Shown here piece by piece: positions 1 through 7,786 of a stretch of DNA of 38,316 bases. Source of the DNA: an uncultured Rhodospirillaceae bacterium (GTDB lineage: Bacteria > Pseudomonadota > Alphaproteobacteria > UBA9219); the NCBI GenBank assembly GCA_964446645.1, contig CAYUPD010000001.1, positions 1 through 38,316 of the forward strand, given 5' to 3'. The first letter of the stretch is position 1. Each line of letters opens with the position of its first letter. The notes under the pieces were generated by a model. That model was not told the DNA's origin, searched no databases, and was given only the letters and a program-made list of their open reading frames with translations. Position numbers and translations under genes: made by a program.

Positions 1-675
1 CGCATCAGCCTCGGCATCAAGCAGTGCCTCGAAAATCCGTGGGAGAAATTCCGCGAGACGCACGCCGTCGGCAGCACGATTTCGGGCGAAATCCGCAATA
101 TCACGGAATTCGGCCTGTTTATCGGCTTGCCCGGCGACATCGACGGCATGCTGCACATGTCGGATCTGTCGTGGAGCGAACCCGGAGAAGAAGTTCTCAA
201 GAAGTTCCAAAAAGGCCAAGTGGTCGAAGTCAAGATTTTGGACATCGACAGCGAAAAGGAACGCATCAGCTTAGGAATTAAGCAGCTCACGCAGGATCCG
301 TTCGAAGGCATGCAGCTCAACTTCAAGAAGGGCGACATCGTCACCGGCACCGTCAGCGCGATTCAGGACAACGGGATCGAAGTGACGCTCGGCGACGCCG
401 GTGGCGACTTTACCGGCTTCATCAAGCGCAGCGACTTGGCCCGCGACCGCTCCGAGCAGCGTACGGACCGCTTCGCCGTCGGCGAAAAGGTCGATGCGAA
501 GATCACGAGCATCGAGAAGGGCAGCCGCAGGGTCGGCCTTTCGATCAAGGCTCGCGAAGTCGAGGAAGAAAAGCAGGCGATGGCCGAATACGGATCGAGC
601 GACTCGGGCGCGAGCCTGGGCGACATCTTGGGCGCCGCTATCAAGAAAGCCCAAAAGAAGGAAGAAAAAGCCTAA
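1..675 (+). CDS. rpsA: 30S ribosomal protein S1, C-terminal part (5' end lies outside the window)
   Basis: Frame 1 is open from base 1 (RISLGIKQCLENPWEKFRETHAVGSTISGEIRNITEFGLFIGLPGDIDGMLHMSDLSW...). It shows repeated S1 OB-fold motifs (GDIVTGTVSAIQDNGIEV, GEKVDAKITSIEKGSRRVGLSIK). The TAA stop at 673-675 is followed by a strong hairpin terminator. Confidence 0.95.
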   Translation, partial: RISLGIKQCLENPWEKFRETHAVGSTISGEIRNITEFGLFIGLPGDIDGMLHMSDLSWSEPGEEVLKKFQKGQVVEVKILDIDSEKERISLGIKQLTQDPFEGMQLNFKKGDIVTGTVSAIQDNGIEVTLGDAGGDFTGFIKRSDLARDRSEQRTDRFAVGEKVDAKITSIEKGSRRVGLSIKAREVEEEKQAMAEYGSSDSGASLGDILGAAIKKAQKKEEKA

Positions 676-693
676 TTTAGGGATTTTCGCCAA

Positions 694-735
694 AAACAAG
701 CCGCCGGGGCCGAAAGTCCCGGCGGCTTTTGTTTT
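694..735. terminator. Bidirectional rho-independent terminator shared by rpsA (+) and the convergent 489-aa ORF (-)
   Basis: The arms aagccgccggg (698-708) and cccggcggctt (718-728) pair perfectly across a 9-nt loop that can close further. An A-run precedes the stem and ttgtttt follows it, so a U-tract is present on both strands. Confidence 0.8.
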
Positions 736-748
736 ACAGGCTCTACTT

Positions 749-2218
749 TCAAGCCGCGGAAAAGCCGGATGGCCCTTTAATCTGCAATAAAAGAAGAGCT
801 GCGTCAGGCCCCAGAGCATTTCTTAAATCGCATTCAGGGTCCGCCTCCCGAATGGCAAGAATAAGCTCCTCGGCTTTCTCACCGTATTTCATGAGGTGTT
901 TTACGCAAGGCAAAACATGCGGGATCATGTCTTTGCGTCCACGAACGACCGAGCACAAAATATCCGCTTCCTTTGTATTATCGCCGGAAAAGGATGAACT
1001 GTACCGCGTAGCATATCCCGCGTTGTTAACGACGTCTTCATCGATAGCCTCGGGATGCGCGTCGATAATTTCTTTAACGCGCCAACCCCAACCTTTGGAT
1101 GCTGCATTTTCAAGCTCGCCCTTGATCAATTCGGTCCGTCGCCCGAGAACCGAAAGAGGAACATATCCCCATAAATAGAAGAACTCCGCGCTATCGATAG
1201 TGTCGAAAAGCTCAATCTGCTTTTTCTCAAGAGCATTTCGAAGCCGCCGCGTCGCCGACGAAAACTTCTTTTTGCTGTTTTCGTCATACCAACACAAACT
1301 CGAAGCAAGCTCGCCGTCCCCGCTGGCCACATCCGGCAGATGTTCCATCCAACTTACGATTCGTGCCGCTTTTAAAACAAAGGCCAAGGACTCTTGCGCC
1401 CTTTCAGGAGGCAACCCCGCTTCGACGGCAACGGCATGAAAGCTCAACCTGTGCTGATTTAAAAGGGACGCATAAGGCCTGTTTTCGATATCTTTTTCCA
1501 TCTCTTTCCCATCGAAGCTGCTTTCGATGCACCGAACGAGATTAAAAGCCCCTTCGGCTGCCTTCGGCTGCGCTTCGACCAACGCCTCAAGAGAAGATAT
1601 GATGTGAATATCGAAATCTTCTTTATACATACGTCCCGAACGCTCAAATTGTTTATATCTTTCCGTAAGAATTCCATCGACGGCATTAAGCGCTTCGTCC
1701 GTCATCTTTTTGCGAGCGCTGCCAATTTTACAAATAAACGATACGGCATCGTCTATGTCGTTGGTGTAGTAAGCGTGGCGGGCGATGGTTTCGGCAATTA
1801 TTATAGTTCTGCCCATAAACTTCGGGCCTTCGGTTCCCGTCGTTTCCAGAAACGCCAGTATTTTCTCGCACAGATTTTCTTCTCTGTTCTTGACGGGCAT
1901 GCTTGTCCGTTCTTGGGCCACCCGTTCTATGGCAGAAAGAATCGCGTCCGCCGATTCCGGAAACGCCTTCACCAAAGCCGTTGCGCACGATAGCGCCGCG
2001 ACGGACACGTCCGTAACCGTTTCTTTTGGGCTATTTTTAATCGCCTCGATCGTGAGGGATATCGCTTTTTGGAAAAATTCATCGCCTGCGTCGGCTTTTT
2101 GTCCCGTTCCCGCCAAAACTTTAGCCGCGCGCGCCGCCGCATCAAAAAAATCTATCTTCGCTTTTGGGGAATAGGTTGTTTCAAAGGAAGCATTTTGGGC
2201 GGGTTTTCTTGTTGTCAT
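749..2218 (-). CDS. Hypothetical protein, 489 aa, no recognisable domain (helical, soluble)
   Basis: Long ORF with an ATG at 2218. An AAGGGGGA Shine-Dalgarno sequence lies about 5 nt upstream. The shared terminator lies directly downstream. I recognise no family motifs. The region looks more A/T-rich than its neighbours by eye. Confidence 0.75.
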   Translation of the reverse strand: MTTRKPAQNASFETTYSPKAKIDFFDAAARAAKVLAGTGQKADAGDEFFQKAISLTIEAIKNSPKETVTDVSVAALSCATALVKAFPESADAILSAIERVAQERTSMPVKNREENLCEKILAFLETTGTEGPKFMGRTIIIAETIARHAYYTNDIDDAVSFICKIGSARKKMTDEALNAVDGILTERYKQFERSGRMYKEDFDIHIISSLEALVEAQPKAAEGAFNLVRCIESSFDGKEMEKDIENRPYASLLNQHRLSFHAVAVEAGLPPERAQESLAFVLKAARIVSWMEHLPDVASGDGELASSLCWYDENSKKKFSSATRRLRNALEKKQIELFDTIDSAEFFYLWGYVPLSVLGRRTELIKGELENAASKGWGWRVKEIIDAHPEAIDEDVVNNAGYATRYSSSFSGDNTKEADILCSVVRGRKDMIPHVLPCVKHLMKYGEKAEELILAIREADPECDLRNALGPDAALLLLQIKGPSGFSAA

Positions 2219-2473
2219 ACGATCCCCCTTATGTCTTTGAATAATTTAGACGGTATCACCGACCCCAGCCCCCGAACAGGGCTATTCATGGTTAACCCCT
2301 GAAATCCCCCGATTTTTGCCTTAAAACAGCATTCAAAAAGGCTTTTCTGGCCGTTTAAAGAAAATCCATAGAGGCCAAAGGGTTATATAATGTAAACCCT
2401 TGACTCGGTTTCGCGAGTTTGGCACCTTTTAGATGCGAGTCGCGTTTCCCCTTTCTTGTCCGAGGGTTAGCCC

Positions 2474-2770
2474 ATGACAAAGTCCGACCTGATTTTGCAG
2501 CTTGCTGAAAAATATCCGCACCTTCTTCAGCGCGATATCGAGCGCATCGTCAACACCGTTTTTGATGAAATTTCAAATGCCTTGGCGCGCGGCAGCCGCG
2601 TCGAACTGCGCGGATTCGGCGCCTTCTCGGTCAAGCAACGCGAGGCCCGCATGGGCCGCAATCCGCGTACCGGCGAAACCGTTTCCGTCTCGGAGAAATT
2701 CGTTCCTTTCTTCAAGACCGGCAAGCAGTTACGCGATCGCCTGAACGGCGTTGACGGCACGAGCGACTAA
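2474..2770 (+). CDS. ihfB: Integration host factor beta subunit
   Basis: [72 protein letters not shown] is the classic HU/IHF fold sequence including the beta-arm RNPRTGE. A GAGGG SD lies 8 nt upstream. Confidence 0.92.
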   Translation: MTKSDLILQLAEKYPHLLQRDIERIVNTVFDEISNALARGSRVELRGFGAFSVKQREARMGRNPRTGETVSVSEKFVPFFKTGKQLRDRLNGVDGTSD

Positions 2771-2778
2771 AACAACAA

Positions 2779-3234
2779 TCAGTCCCGATGATAAGGATGC
2801 CCGGCGGCGATTTGCCGCGCGCGGTAGATTTGTTCGAGCAGCATCACGCGCACGAGCTTGTGCGGCCACGTCAACTTGCCGAAACATAAGGTAAAATCGG
2901 CGCGGGTGCGGATGTCTTCAGCCGCGCCGTCCGGGCCGCCGATGATAAAAACAAGGTCTTTTATGCCGCGATCCTGCCACGCCGTCATTTGGGAAGCAAA
3001 TTCGCGGCTCGTCATATCCTTGCCGCGCTCGTCGAGCAGCACAACAAAGCTTTGAGGCGGAATGGATTTAAGCAACAGCTGTGCTTCGGCCTTTTGCGCT
3101 TCGGAAGGCGATAGCGACTTGGAAACCGCAAATTCGCGCACCGTAACGGATGATCCTAGACGTTTTTGATACTCGGCTCCCCACTCGGCTTCGGCGCCGC
3201 GCGCTTTGCCGATGGCCAGAACCGTTATCTTCAT
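2779..3234 (-). CDS. rlmH: 23S rRNA (pseudouridine1915-N3)-methyltransferase RlmH
   Basis: Runs from MKITVLAIGKARG to FIIGGPDG...LTWPHKLVRVMLLEQIYRARQIAAGHPYHRD, typical of SPOUT RlmH. I chose the ATG at 3234, which forms an ATGA overlap with the rsfS stop. Confidence 0.9.
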   Translation of the reverse strand: MKITVLAIGKARGAEAEWGAEYQKRLGSSVTVREFAVSKSLSPSEAQKAEAQLLLKSIPPQSFVVLLDERGKDMTSREFASQMTAWQDRGIKDLVFIIGGPDGAAEDIRTRADFTLCFGKLTWPHKLVRVMLLEQIYRARQIAAGHPYHRD

Positions 3235-3707
3235 TTTCTGGAGGCCTTTTTGCTCCAAAGCGCGTCGAGATCGTAATATTTACGCACGTCCGGGCGGAAC
3301 AAGTGGATGACGATATCGCCCGCATCGACCAAGACCCAGTTGGCGTCGTCGCGGCCCTCGACGCGCACGGTGCGAACGCCGAGCTTAAAAAACGCCTCGC
3401 GCAAATGATCGGCTAACGCCACAATCTGGCGCGCAGCGCGGCCTGAGGCGATAATCATGTAATCGGCAATGGCGCTCCGCCCGGACAGAGAGACGGGGAT
3501 AATATCTTCGGCTTTGCGGTCATTAAGAACCTTGAGTGCCGCCTCAAGCATTTGTTCGGGCAAGCCCTTCGGAGCAACGACTTTTTTGGTCGCGCGTTTT
3601 TTAACCAGCGCTTTTTTGACTGCCTTTTTCTTGGCTGGAATTTTTTTCGAAACCTTTTTCGCCTTAACGGCAGTTTTCTTTTTTATTTTTTTCTTCGCTT
3701 GGGGCAC
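3231..3707 (-). CDS. rsfS: Ribosomal silencing factor RsfS (iojap) with a lysine-rich N-terminal extension
   Basis: The core LEAALKVLNDRKAEDIIPVSLSGRSAIADYMIIASGRAARQIVALADHL...DANWVLVDAGDIVIHLFRPDVRKYYDLDALW matches the RsfS family. GTG start at 3707 with AAGGA 7 nt upstream. An alternative internal ATG lies at 3551. Confidence 0.85.
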   Translation of the reverse strand: MPQAKKKIKKKTAVKAKKVSKKIPAKKKAVKKALVKKRATKKVVAPKGLPEQMLEAALKVLNDRKAEDIIPVSLSGRSAIADYMIIASGRAARQIVALADHLREAFFKLGVRTVRVEGRDDANWVLVDAGDIVIHLFRPDVRKYYDLDALWSKKASRK

Positions 3708-4324
3708 GAGGGAGTCCTTTTCCGTATTTTCGTTGACGATGAATAATTGAGCTTATTGTCCAAAAATGCCCATAAAGGCAAGTCTTTAGAAGACGTTTGC
3801 GCCATTTTGGCGGCCTGAGAGGGGGGAATCCGGAACTTTTTGAACCTTTTAGCCGCCCTGCACGTCTCGGCCCCGTCCAAATGCGCCGGGCGGCGGAAAA
3901 CGGCGATTGGAACAAGGTTAAAAATATCCTCCCAGTTCCGCCACTTAGAAATTTGCTTTAGGTTGTCCGCGCCCATAAGCCAGACAAAAAACGTCTTCGG
4001 ATACAGGCGCTTAAGCTTGCGCAACGTATCGACGGTGTATTTTGTCTTCATCTTCGCTTCGAGCGGCGAGACGACGATCTTCGAACGCCGACCGACGCAT
4101 TTTTTCGCGGCAACGATGCGTTTATCAAAATCTTCCATGCCTTTTTCGGGCTTGAGGGGATTTTGAGGACTGACGAGCCACCAAATCTGGTCAAGCTTGA
4201 GTTTTTTCAAGGCATAAAGGCTTATTTCGAGATGCCCCGCATGAGCAGGATTAAACGAGCCGCCAAGCAAGCCTATGGCCTTTCCCGAAAACTTTTTGCC
4301 GTTGCTTAGCTTGGGTTCGATCAT
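3683..4324 (-). CDS. nadD: Nicotinate-nucleotide adenylyltransferase
   Basis: GLLGGSFNPAHAGHLEISLYALKKLKLDQIWWLVSPQNPLK contains the (H/T)xGH nucleotidyltransferase motif. It lies in the canonical nadD-rsfS-rlmH order. Its start forms an ATGA overlap with the xerD stop. Confidence 0.9.
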   Translation of the reverse strand: MIEPKLSNGKKFSGKAIGLLGGSFNPAHAGHLEISLYALKKLKLDQIWWLVSPQNPLKPEKGMEDFDKRIVAAKKCVGRRSKIVVSPLEAKMKTKYTVDTLRKLKRLYPKTFFVWLMGADNLKQISKWRNWEDIFNLVPIAVFRRPAHLDGAETCRAAKRFKKFRIPPSQAAKMAQTSSKDLPLWAFLDNKLNYSSSTKIRKRTPSCPKRRKK

Positions 4325-5259
4325 TTTGCCATCCGTTTCGATAGGGGATGATGCTCAACGACTGTTCGCGCCAGCCTGTCGCCTGCCATATGCGTATAAA
4401 TCTGCGTCGTCGCAATGTCGGCGTGTCCCAGCATGCTTTGCACGCTGCGCAAATCCGCGCCGTGCTCGATCAAATGCGTCGCGAAGGCATGGCGCATAAC
4501 ATGAGGACTCAATCTCTTCGGGTCGAGTCCCGCCGCCAGCGCCAACTCTTTTAGTAACTGAAAAAGCCTCTGTCGCGTCATCGGCGCGGCCTTTCCGGCC
4601 TTTGCAGAAGGAAACAGATAAGGCGACGTTCTCTTTTCGCCCAACATCTTTTTGCGCGCAGGAAGCCATGCCTCGACGGCCTTCAGCGCCGGATCGCCCA
4701 GCGGCACAACGCGCTCCTTGCCGCCCTTGCCGCGCACAAGAACCACGCAACGGTCGAACTGAACGCCCGCGACGGGCAAGCTCACAAGCTCGGTCACGCG
4801 CAAACCCGCCGCATAAAGAAGCTCGCACATCGCGCGCAGGCGCAGGCCCTCGTCTCCGGGGTAATTTGCCACCGTTTTCAACAGGTTGGCGACTTCCTTC
4901 TCGCTTAAGTACTTCGGCAAAGAACGGCCCATTTTAGGAGCGTCGATAAGCCGGGTCGGATCTTCCTTACGGATGTTTTCGGAACAAAGAAAACGGAAAA
5001 ATTGCCGCAGCGCCGACAGACGGCGCGCTTGCGTACGAGCGGCGTTTTTCCCCTGCGAGCGAAGATAGGCGCGTAAATCGTCCTCGTTAGCTTCTGCAAG
5101 GCCGGTTTTTTTGCGCGCCAGAAATTTTGCGACATCGGAAAGGTCGCGCAAATAAGCCGCGCGCGTATTGGAGGAAGCATTACGCTCAGCCAGCATCATG
5201 TCGAGGAAAGAAGACACCGCGCCGAAGTCCTTCATATCTGGAAGGGCGTTAGAGGACAT
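4321..5259 (-). CDS. xerD: Tyrosine site-specific recombinase XerD
   Basis: N-terminal SAM-like domain (FLDMMLAERNASSNTRAAYLRDLSDVAKFL). Catalytic region HVMRHAFATHLIEHGADLRSVQSMLGHADIATTQIYTHM carries the R..HxxR..Y signature. Confidence 0.9.
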   Translation of the reverse strand: MSSNALPDMKDFGAVSSFLDMMLAERNASSNTRAAYLRDLSDVAKFLARKKTGLAEANEDDLRAYLRSQGKNAARTQARRLSALRQFFRFLCSENIRKEDPTRLIDAPKMGRSLPKYLSEKEVANLLKTVANYPGDEGLRLRAMCELLYAAGLRVTELVSLPVAGVQFDRCVVLVRGKGGKERVVPLGDPALKAVEAWLPARKKMLGEKRTSPYLFPSAKAGKAAPMTRQRLFQLLKELALAAGLDPKRLSPHVMRHAFATHLIEHGADLRSVQSMLGHADIATTQIYTHMAGDRLARTVVEHHPLSKRMAK

Positions 5260-7001
5260 CAGCTATCCTTTGACAGCAGGGCGACGGCATTGCGCGCAAA
5301 AGCCGCCGCCTCGGCTTTAAAATCCGCCTGATACAGCGCCCACGCGATGGTGAGCGCGGCAGGCAGGGAAATCTCGTTTTCGCCCGCAAGGGCGAGGGAC
5401 TCCAAAACCGTCTCGGCCCGGCGATGGGAGGAAGCCGAGGCGCGGAGGCGGTCATAAAGCAGCGGCGAATAGGAAATTTTTCTCTCGGCGAACGGCAACG
5501 CAAAAACTTTCGTCCACGCGCTTTCCGGAACCTTAAGCCCCACGGATTCGAAGAAAAGCATTGTCGGGACAATGACATTGTGCACGGTCGGCTCGTCGGC
5601 TCCTTTAAGCGCGGCCTCAAACCACTTCGTAAAATCGGCGGCATACGCGGCGTCCGCCTCAAGCCCGGCCAAGGCGAACTGCGGCCACAGCGCTTGCATA
5701 TCGTCCGCCCAGACGCTTTTCTGCGCCAAAGCGAACCATGTCTTCGCCGCGTCGGTCTTTCCCGCAAGCATATAAAAACGAGCCATCGGCACAGCCTGCG
5801 CAACCAATGAGGGCGACGGCGCAATATCGCCGAGCATCGCGGCAAAAACGCCGCCCGCGCCGTTGACGAACGGAGGCAATGCCGATTGCGCGAATTTGGT
5901 CGTAAAGGCGATTTTTGTGTCGGGTTCTTTCGGCGCGTCGAGGGCGCGGAACAAAAGCGCCCGCAGGCGAAATCCCGTTTCGTTCGTTGCCAATGGAGAC
6001 GCAAGCGCATCCGGCGCAAAACTCGTCGCGCGGTAAAGAGCCTCTATATCCCGTGCATCGAAAAGGCCGCGTTCGAAGGCACGTTCGGCCAAGGCGAGGC
6101 GAGCGACATCCTGCTGAGCCGGAAGACGCAACAAGGCGGCCACGTTGGCAAAATCTGCCTTGACGAACAAAGACGCGGGAACGGGCAGATTTGCCTGTTT
6201 AAGAAGAGCCAAAACCATCGGCGTCGCGGGCGTCAACTGGAACGGAAGGCTCTTGCCGGAAGAAAGGATGTTACGGCTCGCAACGTCGATAAAAACAGGA
6301 TTGTGGTTTGGATCCGAACGAAGCACATCCAGCGCGACCTGCGCGGCCTGATTATCCTTGGCGCGCAAGCGGCAAACGATCTGGAACTCCTGCCAATCGG
6401 CCTTGGCGTAATTTTTCACAAAATCTGCCGCCTTAGAGCAAAGGCCGTCGTTTCCGTCGGCCAAAGCGCTTTCGGCCACGAGCTTAAACGTCGCCGCATC
6501 GATCAGCTTGGGATCGGCCTGTTGAACCAGCGATAGGGCCTCGTCTATTTTGCCGAAAAGAACGAGTTTTTCTGCGCGCCGCGACGTCAAGATTTGGGGC
6601 GCAGAAGCGTCGCCTTCGGGCGGCGTCGCAGCGGTCATGAGAAGCCGCTGCGCCAGATCGTTAAGAACGGGAGAGCTTGTCGGCGCGAGAGAAGCCAATA
6701 ATTTTTCTGCAACGGCGCGGTTCGTGCCCTTCCACATTTCGGCGCCAAGGCCGTTTTGTATTTTCACGCCTATGGATTCGGGACTGACGTTCGGCAGAGC
6801 CGAGGCCGCGACGGGTTCTATGATGACCGGCGTTCCGCCGTCATCGTCCGCGACGGAAGGCGTCGCACTAAGAGGCGTCGGCTTGCCGGTAGCTTCGCCT
6901 TGCGGCGGCGGGGGCGTCGTCGGCTCTTGGGCAAAAGCCAGCGCGCTTCCTGCGACGAGGAAGAGAGATACACAGAAAACCCTAGCGAGGGAGCCTCTCA
7001 T
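5259..7001 (-). CDS. Secreted/periplasmic helical-repeat protein of unknown function, 580 aa
   Basis: Sec signal peptide MRGSLARVFCVSLFLVAGSALAFA-QEP, then a Pro/Thr-rich linker, then a long Ala/Leu-rich helical region. Its stop overlaps the xerD ATG (TGATG). Confidence 0.8.
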   Translation of the reverse strand: MRGSLARVFCVSLFLVAGSALAFAQEPTTPPPPQGEATGKPTPLSATPSVADDDGGTPVIIEPVAASALPNVSPESIGVKIQNGLGAEMWKGTNRAVAEKLLASLAPTSSPVLNDLAQRLLMTAATPPEGDASAPQILTSRRAEKLVLFGKIDEALSLVQQADPKLIDAATFKLVAESALADGNDGLCSKAADFVKNYAKADWQEFQIVCRLRAKDNQAAQVALDVLRSDPNHNPVFIDVASRNILSSGKSLPFQLTPATPMVLALLKQANLPVPASLFVKADFANVAALLRLPAQQDVARLALAERAFERGLFDARDIEALYRATSFAPDALASPLATNETGFRLRALLFRALDAPKEPDTKIAFTTKFAQSALPPFVNGAGGVFAAMLGDIAPSPSLVAQAVPMARFYMLAGKTDAAKTWFALAQKSVWADDMQALWPQFALAGLEADAAYAADFTKWFEAALKGADEPTVHNVIVPTMLFFESVGLKVPESAWTKVFALPFAERKISYSPLLYDRLRASASSHRRAETVLESLALAGENEISLPAALTIAWALYQADFKAEAAAFARNAVALLSKDS

Positions 7002-7128
7002 CGGGCACGACCAATTCCATCTTTTGAGTCTGAGGCATAATGTTGGCGTTTGACAGCCACAAGGTGCCGCAGGCTACGACTAATAGCAAAAAACCGGCGA
7101 TGACGGCAATATGGGACTGTGATTTCAC
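6982..7128 (-). CDS. Candidate small lipoprotein, 48 codons, taken from the 3' end of a longer spurious ORF in the track
   Basis: GTG at 7128 is preceded by AGGAG (7140-7136) at 7-nt spacing. The product VKSQSHIAVIAGFLLLVVA-CGTLWLSNANIMPQTQKMELVVPDERLPR has a hydrophobic h-region and a lipobox-like VVAC. It overlaps the start of the 580-aa gene by 20 nt, and that gene has no SD of its own. Confidence 0.4.
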   Translation of the reverse strand: MKSQSHIAVIAGFLLLVVACGTLWLSNANIMPQTQKMELVVPDERLPR

Positions 7129-7222
7129 TTTTCGACTCCTGCTTTTCCGGGATATAATCCGAGGCGGCGATATCGGCGGAATTTTTTGATTCTTATGAAC
7201 CTTTTTGACAGCGAATTGTGGC

Positions 7223-7786
7223 ATGAACAAGTCAAAATTAAAAAAATTTTCCGTTGACCGGCCCATCGTCCTGATCGGCATGATGGGGGCGGGGAAAACG
7301 AGCGTCGGCCGCGCCTTGGCCGAACTTCTGGCCCTGCCCTTTTTCGACTCGGATGCCGAGATCGAAGCCGCAGCCGGAAAATCCATTCCGCAGATTTTTG
7401 CCGACTCGGGAGAGGCCGAATTCCGCCGTATGGAACGCGAAGCTGTCCTTCGCCTTCTCGGGTGCGGAGCTTGCGTTCTTTCGATCGGCGGCGGCGCTTT
7501 CATGGACGACCTGACGCGCGGCAAGATCGGCAAAAAAGCTTTCTCGGTCTGGATCAAAGTGGACGAAAAGATTCTCCTGTCGCGCATCCGTCATGACGAC
7601 AAGCGCCCGCTCTTAAAGGGCGGCGACGGCGTTAAAAAATTCAAGCGTATTTTTTCCGCGCGCCTTCCCGTTTATGCCGAAGCCGATCTCGCCGTCGCCT
7701 GTAACGACGACTCCGTCGAAGACAATGCCAAAAAGATTATAGCCGCGCTGCAAGCCGCGCCAGCGTTTCAAATTGCGCGAGCGTAA
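7223..7786 (+). CDS. aroK: Shikimate kinase
   Basis: IVLIGMMGAGKTSVGRALAELLALPFFDSDAEIE contains the Walker A motif plus the shikimate-binding DSD. I preferred the ATG at 7223 over the TTG at 7205. Confidence 0.9.
   Translation: MNKSKLKKFSVDRPIVLIGMMGAGKTSVGRALAELLALPFFDSDAEIEAAAGKSIPQIFADSGEAEFRRMEREAVLRLLGCGACVLSIGGGAFMDDLTRGKIGKKAFSVWIKVDEKILLSRIRHDDKRPLLKGGDGVKKFKRIFSARLPVYAEADLAVACNDDSVEDNAKKIIAALQAAPAFQIARA

Noticed and set aside
4321-5259. Tyrosine recombinase as a marker of an integrated mobile element
   Set aside because: The sequence and context (coupled to nadD-rsfS-rlmH, near aroK) fit the housekeeping XerD. No att-like repeats, tRNA or phage/ICE genes are nearby.
6982-7587. 201-aa minus-strand ORF spanning the aroK promoter and 5' coding region
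   Set aside because: Only its last 48 codons look credible (SD plus lipoprotein-like signal). The rest is antisense to aroK and Arg/Ser/Pro-rich.
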